Assembly: GCA_012295275.1 (NCBI GenBank)
Contig: CM022665.1
Coordinates: 43,772,001 to 43,836,000, forward strand
Reading direction: 5' to 3'
DNA from: Chrysomallon squamiferum
Lineage: Eukaryota > Animalia > Mollusca
Length of the DNA: 64,000 nucleotides
Shown here: one piece after another, positions 10,723 through 25,913 of the stretch
Layout: every line of letters begins with the position of its first letter
Position numbering within the stretch: position 1 is the stretch's first letter
Position numbers and translations under genes: made by a program
Notes under the pieces: generated by a model
What the model was told of the DNA's origin: nothing
The model's database searches: none
The model's input: only the letters and a program-made list of their open reading frames with translations

Positions 10723-11671
10723 ATATTTTATATATAATTTTTTAATATCAGTATTTCATTTCATTTCAATGTGACGAATTTACTGTTCCTGTTATTTATT
10801 AAACCTTACAAACATTTATTTAACATTATATACAATAACATAATCATCTACACATTCATTGCGGTTGGTAAATAAACACATATGTGTATTTAAAAAAAAA
10901 AAAAAAAAAAAAAAAAGACCATTGAACTGCAATTGTTTATTCAATGCAAATGAAATGTGACAACTTGTTTACCTTTCCGCAGATGTGAAAATGTGATTGA
11001 AGTAGCCTGGTGTTATTTTCAGTTATTTAACGGTTTTGCAATTTTTTTATTTTTTTTTTTTTTGTATTTTTTTGGTCCTGTTTTTTGTTTTTCTTACAGT
11101 TCGACCAGCATATGTTTCCAATCCACCGACTTCATTCTATACACTTCGTATTTAATCACTCTTCGTAACTAAAATTATTATTATTATTTACTCGTTTAAT
11201 ATTTATTTCGCTTAAGTATCATCGTTATTATTAATATTTTTTAATTTATTGGTAGACTTCATGAGGAAGAATTAGTTCCATGGGAAAAAAGCAATACTAA
11301 TAATAATAATAAATAAAACAACAACTCCAGGAAGTGCTCAAATATTTATATATTTTAAAATTTATTTATTTATTATTTATGATATATTTATTTATTGCTT
11401 ACAATTTATTTTTATTTTTTTTAGATATTAATTTCATTTTATTTAATCAGTCGTTTTTAAGAACATTAATGACATATATACACATATATATATGTATGAA
11501 TATATATATATATATATAATATATATGTATGAATATATATATATATTAATATGTATGTGTATATATATATATATTAGTTCATTTCTTATTAAATTAATTA
11601 TTTAATCAGTTTCTTCTTTCTTTTATATATTAACTTATCATTTATTTTTTTTTACTATTTTATCATTATTA

Positions 11672-11725
<54 letters not shown>

Positions 11726-12650
11726 TAAACCACCACGTGTGTTCTTAGTAGACTGATCGAACTGTTTGTGTGATAGTTGATTTAACAGTATTATGCATGT
11801 AATTACTGTGAAATACAAAATATATTTTTACAGATGATATATATTATTTGTCGTGTGCATTTCAGGTTCTGTAGAGACTTTGACTTTTAAAAAAAAAAAT
11901 GTATTGTGTTTATTACAAAAATCAAAACCATTATTCTTTTTTTTTAATTATTATTATTATGCATTATGATTAATTAAACATGTCAATTTTATATAAGAGT
12001 TTGCTTTTTTATTATTATTATTATAATTTTTATGAAATGACCTAATACGAAATTTTAAACTATGTCGCTCTGTATGTGTGTATTTTAGTATGTACATATA
12101 TATATAAATATATATATGTGTGTGTGTGCTTACACTAAAAGCATTTATGATTCACCGTAATACTTTCACGTACAGACAAACAATCGGACTGACAGAGGAA
12201 CAGAAATATCAAGGCACACGAAGACAAATTTCGTAACACACTTACACAGTGGGATAAAGAACTCGGGATATTTAAAAGCCATTACACAGAGCGTAGAAAG
12301 AAGAAAGGAAAAAAAAAAAAAAAAAAATACAGCTACTCCCATGGATAATAATACTTGGTATTTGTCAGAAGTAATTTGGCAAATTTTTTTATTTTTGAAA
12401 CAAAACGAAAAGAAAAAACAACAAAAAATGAAGAAAAGAATAGACATTTGACACTGTGAGTTCCTTCTAACAGATTTATCACTTGCCTAATTGTGTAAAC
12501 AGTTCTCACTCTAATAAGTGCATTTCTTTGTTCCATCTAATTGTTTGTAACGTTGACAAGTACAAGTTATCTGAAGCACAAAAGCCAAGTGTTTCACAGG
12601 CATGGAATGTGATAATAAAAAACCGATTCAGTTGATAAATAAATAAAAAA

Positions 12651-12653
<3 letters not shown>

Positions 12654-12718
<65 letters not shown>

Positions 12719-12719
12719 G

Positions 12720-12755
<36 letters not shown>

Positions 12756-12947
12756 TGACTGATAACTGCCTTTCTGTAATCGCTCAGCTCAACAAGTATA
12801 CGTTTATACATATTCATACACATGCATGCACATACACATTCGCGCTCATGCACATATACACACACTCTCTCTCTCTGACTGATAATGTATGTATTATTTT
12901 TTATATCTGTTATGGCATACTGTGTTTAACCCCAATTATTCTGAATA

Positions 12948-13040
<93 letters not shown>
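12654..13040. repeat. Two (CT)n microsatellites with (CTGTCT)n and (CA)n parts
   Basis: Directly visible runs at about 12654-12756 and 12952-13040. Confidence 0.95.
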
Positions 13041-15083
13041 TTCAGTATTTGGTTTCTTTCCACTGATAATAAATAAATCGTCTTCCACTAACTAAACACT
13101 TCATATTGCGGCCTCCTTTTACGTAAATGTCAGAAAACATAATTGAATGACTGATCAAAGCACGTTTTTCGCGTTTCAAGTTTCTGAAACTTCTGTTCAT
13201 TATTCGACAATTCCAAACATGCCTTCATTTAATGCTGATATGTACTAATTATACAACACAAATTTTATAAGACGGTACTTTTGCCTTAAAAAATATATAA
13301 TGAAAATAAAATAAAATATAATATAAATAAAAAAAAAGAAAAAAATGAAAAAAATTCTAATAGTTAATTTTCAGTTTTTTTTCAGTGGTTAGTTTATTCA
13401 TTCATCCTTTCATTTCTCTTCTCTTGTTTTCATTGACTTCTTTTGTTTCTTGTTTCTCGCTTCATTTCTCCTTCTTTCTTTCTTTTTCAATATTTAATTC
13501 TTCAGAGCTGTTCTGTAATCTATTTTATTTTCTTACATAATAACTTTTAAAGCTTATCTTTTTCTTTCTTTCTTTATTCATTTCCTCAATTTTTCTTAAA
13601 TTTTTATCTTCCTTTCGTTCTTTCATTACTTTCTCTCCTTCTTCTTTTCCTTTCTGTCTCTCTTTCTTTCATCCCCTTCTCTCTCTCTTTTTGTTTCATT
13701 CAATTTTTCTTTAAATTCTTTATTCTCCGATTCACACCTTTTATTCTTTCTTCTCTGCTTTCCTAACACCATCTTTCCTTCTTCCTGCCTCGCGATCATT
13801 AGCCTCAGTGCCCGTTATAGACAGGTGATGTTATCTGCACGTATTTTTTTACGTTACTTTTCTTCAGGCTAGGAAGGTCGAACTAAGTGTGTTTTACGTT
13901 GCTATATGAATCATCTTGTAATCTGTAGCTCTGTAATTTGATAATTTACGGTTCTTTGGTTTTAGTCAGATCTGTAGAGATACAGCCACACTCTTCCGTA
14001 TTAAAATATGCTGACTATTATTAGCCCCAAAAATAAAAATAACTAAAAAAAAAGAGAAGATTATTACTTATTTATGTGAACAGAGAAATTGTTGATACGA
14101 TAAACCGTAATGAAATCTGAAGAGAAATGACATCGACGATAACGATAACAACTGCAACAACAACAGCAATAATAATAATTATAATATATGTAATAATAAT
14201 AATGTTAATCGTAATGATAATAATAATAATAATAATAATAACAGCAACAACAACAGTAATTGTAGTAGTAGTAGTAGCAGTAGTGACCAAATAGTTATCA
14301 ACTGTAATAATCAGATAATCAATGATGATGAATATGATGACGAAGAAGAAAATAATAAAAAATAAAAAAATTTAGAAGTTTATAATGAAATCGTGTCTTC
14401 GTCAAATAAAAATAAATTAAAACCAAGAAAATAAAACAACAACGAAAAGAAAAAAAAAAAAAAAGAAAAAAAGAAGAAGAAATTAAACGATAACAACAAC
14501 AGCAACAACAACATAACTCCCTCAAAACAACAACATAAACCCCAAAACAACAACATAAAACCCCAAAACAACAACATAAAACCCCAAAACAAAAACACAA
14601 CCCCCCAAAAAACCACAACAAAGAACCCGCCCCCCCAATTTAAAAAAAAAAAAATATATATATAAACAACCCCAAAACTGTTAAGGAAATAAAAACGAAA
14701 AAAACAGCACTAATATTTTTATAAGTTTACACAAACACATGCACGGACACATGCACACACACGCACACACACAGTGACAATAACAACAATAATAATAATA
14801 AAATGAAAAGAACACGTGATCTAGATAGGCTGGTGATATAACAGTTTATAGTGCGGATGACTAATGCCGGTGTCGGAGATGTTTATGTGTTATACCTGCT
14901 TTGTGTGGATATATTTATCACGAGAGCCTGACTACAAACAATTCTGACATCTTATATTACATTCCTGCCACGGTACAAGACAAATTTTACTTTACTTTGG
15001 TTTGGTTTGGACTGTTTTTAGTTTGATTTATTTTTGTTTGGTTTGGTTTCGTTTCGTTTTCTCTGTCTGTGCATATTTTATTT

Positions 15084-15116
<33 letters not shown>

Positions 15117-15259
15117 TATATATATAATTTAATCGTATTAAAATTTTGGTTATGTGCCTTTTTTATATAATAGTTTAGATTCTTCTTCTTCTTTTCTTAT
15201 TATAATTATTATTTTTATTATTATTAATATTCTAACTGTTGTTGTTGTTGTCATTGCGA

Positions 15260-15480
15260 TCGTCATCATTATCATCATCACCGTCACTATAATATTATTC
15301 ATTCATTATTATTATCATTCACCGTCACTATAATCATTATCATCATCACCGTCATTATCATCATTATCATCATCACCGTCATTATCATCATCACCGTCAC
15401 TATAATCATTATCATCGTTACCGTCATTATCATCATTATCATCATCACCGTCACTATCATCATTATCATCAACATCACCA
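15260..15480. repeat. ATC/ACC-GTC-ATT degenerate minisatellite
   Basis: Repeated ATCATCACCGTCATTATC-type units. Confidence 0.85.
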
Positions 15481-15829
15481 ATATCAGTTTTTCTATTATT
15501 ATCTTTTAAAATTTATTTTGTTTTTCTTAAAACGAGGAAATAAACACCAGAAACGTTTTAATAGTGTATTATCTTTCAAATTTTTACATTCTCGTCTCTG
15601 ATATTTCGTCGTAAAAGTTAAATTCGCTTATTTTTTTAAAGATTTTTGACTTGCTTATTTACTTAATAGTTATAGCGTTGTTTTTGTCGAAGAAGAAAAG
15701 AGGATGGAGGAAGTAAAAAAAAGACACGAAGGGCTGAAAGAATTAATAATAGAGAGAGCGAGAAAAACGAAAAGAGGACAGGATAGATGGAGGAAGACAA
15801 ATATAGGAATAGAAAGAAGAAAATAATTA

Positions 15830-15832
<3 letters not shown>

Positions 15833-15924
<92 letters not shown>

Positions 15925-16140
15925 ACAGGAAAAGAAAATAGAAAGATATAATATACACATACCAATACATACGACCAGGATAGATAGATAGATAGATAAA
16001 TATATAGATATGTATATATATATATAGATAGAAAGATAATAGATAGATAGACAGATATATAGATAGATATATATATATATATATATAGATAGATAGTAAA
16101 TAGATAGATAAACAGATGAAAGAAAAATGTAGACAGACAA
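15833..16140. repeat. (AG)n followed by (GATA)n/(AT)n microsatellites
   Basis: Directly visible. Confidence 0.9.
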
Positions 16141-16890
16141 AGATATATATAGATAAACAGTAGAAAGATAAATAGACAGATATTAGTGCATAGATATAAA
16201 GATAAAAAGATAGTTATATAGACTGATAGACAGAGCGATAGATAGAGAAAATTAATATTTGAAAAAGCATTACAGTGAACTAACTCACAAACAGATAAAT
16301 AAACATACAAACAAATAAACAAAAATACATACATACGAAAATACATATAATAAACCAACAAATAAATAAACAAATAAACAAACAAATAAATAAATAACAC
16401 ATTCATCAACAACTCATCGCCTCTTTTCTCTGCTGACAAAGCGAAACAAGAAGAGAAATTTTCTCATCATTTTTTTTTCTTTTTTTTCTTCTCCAACCTG
16501 CGATGGGTGGAGAGAATGACTAAGCCTGTGGGTGACTCACTGTGGTTAGATCAACAAGATACACCGAAACACTCTCTGCTATAATAGGTATAGGTAACCG
16601 ACTGACTTCTGGAAACCTTCCAGCATGAGTGTTTTTAAATGCTGAGACAAGGGGCGATGCGATGTACTTCTTCCAATTTTATTTACATTTTTCCCACCGT
16701 ATATAAATTGTCCGAATTGCATTCGCATACGCAACACACACACAAACGCGCGCGCGCGTGTGTGGTTGAATTAAGTGGTATGGTTTACATTGACAGTTAT
16801 ATATATATTTAGTGTCGTTTTAAGTGTGTTATTTCTTTTCTGTGGGTATATTAGAGATGATATGCTTTTCAGAATGTAAATAAACATTTG

Positions 16891-16933
<43 letters not shown>

Positions 16934-18659
16934 TATATACAGGCATAAGTGATTACAAATTTCAATTCCCTTTTTAAAACTTGAATTATGAATGGTTTGG
17001 TTTATGATTATATTCTGGCATTAATGTAACTACATCAATATTTCTAACAGATAAGGAAAAAAAAAAAAAATCTTTTTTGAGTTTCATTTAGTCTTTACTT
17101 TGTAAACGAAAATACTTCTGTCTCGTTTTGTATCAGAGTGATACAGTCATTCGTTGCGTATTACTGAACACGAGTCGGATACGTCTTGTTTACAATCGAA
17201 ATTCGAATCCGGTTGCCGATGCTGAACGTCTCGTTATCGTCTCTCTTTTACCTCTTCCGACGACTATAAAAGGTCCGATTAAGGAACCTGAAATTTCCTG
17301 CGCTGGTCACGTGAAAAGACAAGTTTATTTTTAAATTTTCTCGGAGTTTCGGAAATGTTTTCAAAAAATGGATTTTGAAAAGGATTATCAATTCAGAACT
17401 GTGTCTATATATAACACACACGGGATGTTACCGGGTAAGTAATTAGCTTAAGGAATTATCGTAATTAATGTGTATTTTGACATGTATCCTTAACAGATCG
17501 GCTTAATATTTCCTTTGATACTTGATACGTTTTTCTGGTGACTCACAATGCACTGAGACAAGGTTACGTTCTTCTTCTAATTTCATTTACCTTTTTCCGT
17601 TTTTGTTCTCTATTTCAATAACACACACACACACACACACAGAGAGAGGTTAGGTCACTGCTCGGAGCAACCTGCACACGCCCCATGCATGCTTGTGGTC
17701 GCACTGCACCAAGCTAATTTCCGTCATACCACTTGTTATCAACTGTGGGAAAGTGCATATGATAGATCTCGTACAGCTAAATGCTTTAGAAAAAAAAAAA
17801 AAAAAAAAAAGAAAAGAAAAAAATGAAATCCTCAGGAATTATGAACATTTCCTGTAAAATGCAGTTTGAATTACCAAAAGGTCTCACACATAATAAAAAA
17901 AAAAAAAAAAAAAAAAATTAAAGAAAGAAAAAGTTTTGGTTATGTCGTTAAAACAAATGTTTGAAATCCAGCAGCAGATAAGTGAATATTCGTGTCCTGT
18001 GTTTAAGGCGTATCATACCAAAAAAAAAAAAAAAAAATGATGGCAGAAATTAAATTTTGATATTCGTTACTGGTTAAAAAGTCGTTAAATGAATGCTTGT
18101 AGAAACTGATGGTTGAAAATTTTTTAATATGCGCTAGTGTTGTCGCTAAAATGTTTTATTATTATTATGAATAATATTATTATTTTAAAGTAAACTTATA
18201 TTTCAGTGTACATTTTTTTTTTTTTTTTTTTTTTTTTTTTGGCTGTTACATAATGTATGGTTCTTTATACAGACTTGTTTGGATATATATATCTATATCT
18301 ATCTATCTATCTATCTATCTATATATATATATATATGAGTCAATAATTTAAACTTTTCATTCATTAATGATAAATAAACATATTATATTGTGTATTATTA
18401 TTATTAACTATATTTGCTAGCTGCAATTTACTATGATAATAATAATAACAGTTATTACTGTGTTATGACGTATAGAGTTATTACTTGGACATAGACACTA
18501 AGGAAAGATTGGGAATAAACTTGTGAAGCCAAGAGAAGGTGACAGGAAAACAGTTTAAAATCATTTAAAAGTTATTTTTCTTACGTTTGATTTTCTGATA
18601 CTAGAATGTTAATGTTTTCTTAATTTTTTTTTTTTTTTTTTTTTTCGCGTATATTTCTT

Positions 18660-19860
18660 GACTTTCTTTTATTTTTTCTTTCTTTCTTCTTTCCATTATC
18701 TTCATTTCTTCGTTCCTTCTTTATTTCTTTTTCATTCTTTCTAATTATCTTCATTTCTTTCTTCTTTCTTTTGTTTTTATTTTTTCATTCCTTCTATTAT
18801 ATTCATTTCTTTATTCTTTTTTATTTTCTGTTCTTTTTCTTCTTTCTTCTTTCCATTATCTTCATTTTGTCTTTCTTTTATCTTCATTTTTTCTTTCTTT
18901 CCGTTCTCTTCATTTCTTTATTCTTTCTTTTATTTCGATTTCTTTTTCTTTCCATTTATTATCTTCATTTTTTTTTTTCTTTCTTTCATTATCTTCATTC
19001 TTTATTCTTTCTTTTATCTCTATTTCTTTTTTCTTTCTTTCTAATATATTTATTTCTTTATTTTTAAATTTTCTATTCTTTTTTCTTTCTTTCTTTATTC
19101 CATTATCTTCATTTTTTTTTTCTTTTAATTTTCACTTTTCTTTCGTTCCATTATTTTTATTTCTTTATTCTTTCTTTTCATTTCATTTCTTCTTTCTTCT
19201 TTCCATTATTTTCATTTCCTTATTCTTTTTTTTTTTTTCATTTCTTTTGTCTTTCTTTCCATTGTCTTTATTTCTTTGTTCTTTTTTATTTATTTCACTA
19301 TTCTTTCTGTTATTTTAATTTCTTTTCTTTCTTTCTTTCTGTTATTTTATTTCTTTATTCTTTTTTTTTATCTCCATTTTTTTTTTCTTTCTTTCTTTTT
19401 TCTTCATTTTCATTCTTTCTTTCATTTTAATTTCTTTTTTTCTTTACAATATTTAACTTCTTTATTCTTTTATTTTATTTTCATTTTGTTTTCTTTTTAT
19501 TTTCAGTTCGTTTTTCTTTCTGTCATTTATCTGCATTCATCCATTCCTTTATCTTGACTTTTTTTTCTTTCTTTCCTTCTTTTTCCTTTATTTCTTTTCT
19601 GTATTTTTCTTTTCTTTCTTTTATTCTCATTCTATTTTTCTTCTTGTTCTACCTTCTTTATCTTAATTTTTCTTTTTTTTTTTTCTCTTACTTTCATTCT
19701 TTCATCTTCGTTTCTTCATTTCTTTTTTTTTTTTTTTTTCTTTATTTCTTTTCATTTTTTTCTTTCTTTCTTTCTGTTATCTTTTTATTCCTCCTTTTTC
19801 TTCATTCGTTTTGTCTTTCTTTAATTTCATTCTTTGGTCTTTTATGTTAAAATTTATTTT
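18660..19860 (+). repeat. About 1.2 kb pyrimidine-rich low-complexity tract with a recurring TTCCATTATCTTCATT unit
   Basis: Very few G on the + strand. The unit recurs near 18691, 18852, 19098 and 19201. Confidence 0.85.
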
Positions 19861-20291
19861 TTTGTTCAGGTCAGAACAGGTTCCTCATACGAATATACTT
19901 ACTTCTCTCAGTTTCATAACGTTTTCTCATTTCATACTGTTATATTTGATTTGTAAAATAATAAATACATTTGTTTCTATCAAACTTAGAGCAATTTATT
20001 TAAATAATAAGCAAAGCGTCTCAGCGATAATTTTGTTTAATAAATTTATGTATCTATTTATTTAATCATTCATTCATTCATTTGTAATTACCTATTTCTT
20101 TCTTTCGTCCTTTATTTATTTAATAAATTTATATAATAATGTAATCGAATTAAAATTCCATTTGTAGTAGTCATACATGTTTAGATTCGTGGATTAGATT
20201 CTTTTAATATTTTTGAAAGTTAGATGCATCAATAAATTTAATCTGAATTAAAAAAAAAAAAAAAAAAAAAAAAAACGTCTTTTAAATGAAT

Positions 20292-20295
<4 letters not shown>

Positions 20296-20383
<88 letters not shown>

Positions 20384-20562
20384 ATGTGGTTACGAGCGCA
20401 CGACGAATATTTAATTTTTTTTTAAAGATTGCTCTTTCTGTTTTACCATTTGAAAAATTTGTAATGGAAAAGCGATTCATTACTATAAATATCTAAGAAT
20501 CTGTAGACTGCACATTATTTATTTATTTAATTTATAACATACACACATATATATATATATAT

Positions 20563-20593
<31 letters not shown>

Positions 20594-20670
20594 TTGATTG
20601 ATTGATTGTTGTTGTTTGTAGTTATTATTTCATCATCATCATCATCATCATTACCATCATCATCATCATC

Positions 20671-20729
<59 letters not shown>

Positions 20730-20775
20730 ACATTCAAGGACGATTATACGTATAATTTCACATCCATAGTTTTCT

Positions 20776-20870
<95 letters not shown>
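20296..20870. repeat. (CT)n, (AG)n, (ATC)n and (ATT)n microsatellite cluster
   Basis: Directly visible. Confidence 0.9.
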
Positions 20871-20871
<1 letters not shown>

Positions 20872-21464
20872 AAACGTCTAATGCACGTATGCATACTGTG
20901 AGTGTTGCGTTGTGTACGTACTTGTGTATGTAAGTATTCGGTTACGCGGCACAGATAGAGACTGCCTGGAATTTTCGTGTTTTGTAGCGAGTCTTTGGCA
21001 ACCAGCGTGGGAAAGCTCCACTTTTACTGACGCACACAATGTAGATATGGTTTATTTAAATATAAACACGCTTTATCTTTGCATGTGCACTTAAACAGAA
21101 CCACGTGTATGTATGAACGGACACCGTAGAATAGACAGACCATTGTACTGCAGATATACATATATATGAAAAAAAAATATATATATACATTTTTTTTTTT
21201 ATTATGTGTGAAAAAAGATAAGATTTAAAATTTTTTTTTTTTTTTTTTTGTAACGTACTGACTTTGATGTGTCAGAATTTTATCAAGACTCGAGTCGAAT
21301 AAAGAAAACGACGATATCGACATCTTCATCAACAGCGACGTAAACGAGCCTGAACTCTACAACTGCAGCTGACACAAATAATGCTTATTAAAACAGAAAA
21401 AGAATATTTTATGCTACAGCTACAACTGCAACTACAAAAACATCAGTATGTATGTATTTAAAAA

Positions 21465-21554
21465 TCAACAACAACAACAACAACAATAATAATAATAATA
21501 AGAAGAAGAAGAATGATAATGATGATGATGATGATACTACTAATAACAACAACA

Positions 21555-21602
<48 letters not shown>

Positions 21603-23508
21603 GCAGTAGTTGTAGTAGTAGTATTAATAGTAGTAGTAGTTGTTGTACTAAATCTGATATTGTTTTTCGAACGTTCCTTCAGTAGACAATAACAACACCA
21701 GCTACAACAACATCATCATAAGAACATTTATTAAAAGGGTTCTTATTCGATAACGTCAACCACCAGCAACAACAACAACAACACTACAATTAACCGAAGT
21801 AGCAACTACTACAACATAATTATCGTAATTAATCGAAAAAACCAACCAGTCTAAAAAAAAATCACAAAAAAAAACAAAAAAAAACGTCAAAGTTATTAAG
21901 CTATTTTTCGAAAATAACAGTAAAAAAATAACAATAAATAACAATATTAAAAAATAATTGTCAAAACAAAACAACAACAAAAAATAACCAAAAACAAACA
22001 AGACTTAAACAAACAGAACAACACAAATGGTTGCCGTTGGCATTCAAAAAACAAAACTATTATTTGTCATTTAATTATTTTTATTTGCTTAAAATTACCA
22101 CCACCATTAGCAAGTAGAACAGAAGAAGTAACAACAAAAACAGCTTTTTAAAGAATAATAATTAAAAAAAACAAAACCAAAACCCTCATCAAAACTTCAT
22201 TATTTACTGGCACAAATAATAATTGAAAAAAAAGAAGAAAAAAAAAAAACCTACTGAAAAGAGAAGAAGAAAACATGTTGTTTACAGAAAACATCAACCA
22301 CAGTAATAACAACAACAACAACAACAACAACAACATCCATTATGTCAACCAATATTATCAACAACGACATTAATGACATCCACAACATCCATCATCGTCT
22401 AGTACAGCAAAAGTGGTAACATCATCACCGGCCATTAGCGACATCATCAACAACAACGATGAAAACGCAACTACATCCACCTCCGTAATCAACAATAATA
22501 GTAACAGTTCCGCTACTCTCATCAACAACAACGACAACAGTAAATCAGGACTGTAAACTGTACCAAAACAACAACAAGGAGAATGACAACTGCATTTTTC
22601 CTTTTTTTTCAAATAAATAAATAACAAGACGAAAGACAGCAACAACAATAGCAACAGCAACAGCAACAACAATAATAACGATAATAATAAAATTATTAAT
22701 AATAATAATAATAACAACAACAGCAGCAACAACAACAACAATAATAACGATAATAATAAAAGTAATAATAATAATAATAATAATAATAATAGTAACACCA
22801 CCACCACCAACAACAACAACGACAACAACAACAACAACAACGACGACAACGACAACATCGCTATCACTGACTGAGTAACCTCTGTTTTACAAAGAACATA
22901 CTCAAGTCTCGACTTTTAACGACTTGTTTCAAGAAACCGATCCGAGAACTCTCGAGGAATTTTGGCCACCATTACGAAAAATGGAAGTATTTATTTACTT
23001 GCAGTTAAAGATATGAATACCCCTGCCGCTCGAAGCACAGCGATCTACTGTGCTTTAGTTTAAACATCCCACCACCGGCTTTTAATGCAAACCACTGCGG
23101 TTAAGCTGGCGAGCGAGAGATTAACAGGTGGTGAGATCAAATCCATTTTACAAGATTTTTATTTATTTATTTATTAGTTGTTATTTATTTAGTTGTTGTT
23201 GTTGTTGTTGTTATTGTTTTTATTATTATTATTTATTTTATTATATTTTATTTTTTTTATTTTACTTGATTATTATTTTATTTATTTATTTTTTATTTTA
23301 ATTTATTTTATTAATTTATTTTATTTTAATTGTTGTTTTATTTTTTTATTTTATTTTATTTATTTATTTTATTTTATTTTATTTTATTTATTTTATTTTT
23401 TTATTTTATTTATTTATTTATTTATTTATTTTATTTATTTTTTTTTTATTTTTTTATTTTTTTTTTTTTTTTATTTTTTTTTATTTTTTTTTTTTTTATT
23501 ATTATTAT

Positions 23509-23543
<35 letters not shown>

Positions 23544-23545
23544 CT
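21465..23545. repeat. AAC/AAT trinucleotide low-complexity region and T-rich tract, interrupted by unique sequence at about 22865-23150
   Basis: Directly visible. Source of spurious poly-N/L/F ORFs. Confidence 0.85.
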
Positions 23546-24049
23546 ATAGTTAATTTTCTAGGTGTAAAAGCATTATCTACTCTATTCTCTATAAACAACA
23601 ACCTAACATTGACATTGTTTCTGATTAAAGAAAATCGCTCGTGGATTATTTCCCCACGACAAACGTGCTTGAACTTTAGCGAATGTAAAGCACATTCATT
23701 GACTGAATGTCAATAATATGTAATAATGGTAATAATAATAATAATGATGATGATGAAAGTGATGATGATGAAGATGATGATGACCGTGATGATAATGATG
23801 AAGAGTAACACAAACTACTACAAGAGTAATGACATCAGCAACAACAGCAACAATAATAACAACGATTAAAATAACCACAATAATAATAATATAAAAGACA
23901 GCAGCAGCAACGAAAACAGTAGCAACAATAGTACGAACAGCAGCAGAAACAACCGCAACAACAACAACAACAACAACAAAAATTCGATGATAAGAAAACT
24001 ATCAAACAATTCATCTATTATACAATACGTTCTGAATAATCTCAAAATG

Positions 24050-24109
24050 AGTAAATGAATGAAACTTTGAAGATTTCAGAAGCTGCAATGGTTTAATAAA
24101 TATATTTAC

Positions 24110-24145
<36 letters not shown>

Positions 24146-24395
24146 TTATTTTATCTATTTATTTAAGAATTTTTGAGATATTTGATGATCAAGCTGTAAA
24201 GTATATTTAAAAAAAAGAAGAAAAAAGTGAATTGAGAAATGAACGTTTCAAGATTCCAAAAGCTGCGCAAATTAACCCAGATGTTTATTTATTTGTTTGT
24301 TTGTTTGTTTATGCAAACCATAGTACATAGTTTTGTATACATCTGATGATCAAGTTGTAAAGTATAATTCAAAATGTCAAAAGTAAATTCAAGTT
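24050..24395. repeat. Diverged ~175-bp tandem duplication
   Basis: AAGATT(T/C)CA(G/A)AAGCTGC and TGATGATCAAG(C/T)TGTAAAGTATA each occur twice in the same order. Confidence 0.7.
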
Positions 24396-24574
24396 ATTAT
24401 AGTAAAACACAATTTTTAGAGATTAGTCTATTCTCGCGTATTTATAATATGAATACGTTTTTGCTTTCTTTCATAAGATTTCGAACTCTATGCTTTTCAG
24501 ATCTTCATTAGTTTTCTTTGAAAATAGTTGAATAAGTTTCTGTATTAATGAGTATCAAATATTTATTTCATTTT

Positions 24575-24621
<47 letters not shown>

Positions 24622-25591
24622 AATGATATGAATGAAAAAAGAAATGTTACTGGGCTGAGAAAGGAAACAAAACTAAAAATAATGAAACAATAAAGAAATA
24701 AGTAAAAAAAGAATAAAATAAAAACCTGTAAAATAAAAAAAAAAAAAAATGAATAACTAAATTGTTACTGTAACTATAATAATAAAGCGCATTTCAAACG
24801 TCAGTTTTAATGCAAATTTTGAATGGGAATTATGTACCAGTCTACTCCCCATTTTAAAAAAATATAATAGAAAAGAAGAAAAAAAAAAAAAAAGAAGAAA
24901 AAAAGAAAGAAAGTCAGGGATTGACTTACTTTCATTTTTTCACAACTCAGAATGTGTTTTGAATTAAAAATAGCTACGTAGTAATGTAGACTAAACCGCA
25001 TTTAACACTCTTTTGGCTTGTCTTTAACAAAATTAAAATAATTCCGAATTAAGGAATGGCCGACATTCTTGTCGTCTGGTTTCGTTTAAAAAGCAATAAA
25101 ACTGAGAGACATATCAATTAAAAATAAATATATTGAAGACATTAGACACTGTAATATTTTATTTATTTATTTATTTATATACTAACCAGTTTATTTATTT
25201 TAAAAAAAAAAAAAAAAAAAAATGAAATTTTTTTTTTTAAAATATTTTACTCGGATTCTTTGTTAGACTGACTTTCCGGAAATAGTTTCATTTCGAGGCT
25301 TCTCTATTAAAAACTTTACGTTCTGAAAGGACAAAGTATTTTATTGTTGCTAAGACTAACTATAACATGTAAATAAACAAGATAAAACTTCTGAACACAA
25401 AATTTAATCAATTTTTAAGATACGTTGACTGACGGTGATGTCGTCTGTATTTAGTTAGATTTCAAAAAAAAAAAAAAAAAAAACGCTTTCAACCTCGAGC
25501 GATTAGCATCGATATCAAAGCGATTTAACAACTAAAGGGAAATAACTCTTGTTTCTAAAACTTGCATTCTTTTCGATGCTAACAATTTTCT

Positions 25592-25666
<75 letters not shown>

Positions 25667-25865
25667 AGGGAGGGAGGATTACATTACATTTTGTAGTAAA
25701 ATATAATTCTTGAGGAAACACTGAGTGAATGAAGAAAACATCTGGTCACGGTACTTAACTTTATGGTTGACCTTTTTTTTCTTCTTTTTTCTTTAAATTT
25801 CTTTATATATTTTATTGCTCAAAAATAATAATTAACATTATCATTAAAACCGAATTTTTCTTTCC

Positions 25866-25913
<48 letters not shown>

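Noticed and set aside
10872-10916. AATAAA followed by an A run as a retrocopy tail
   Set aside because: The gene retains its intron and promoter, and long A/T runs are ubiquitous in this window.
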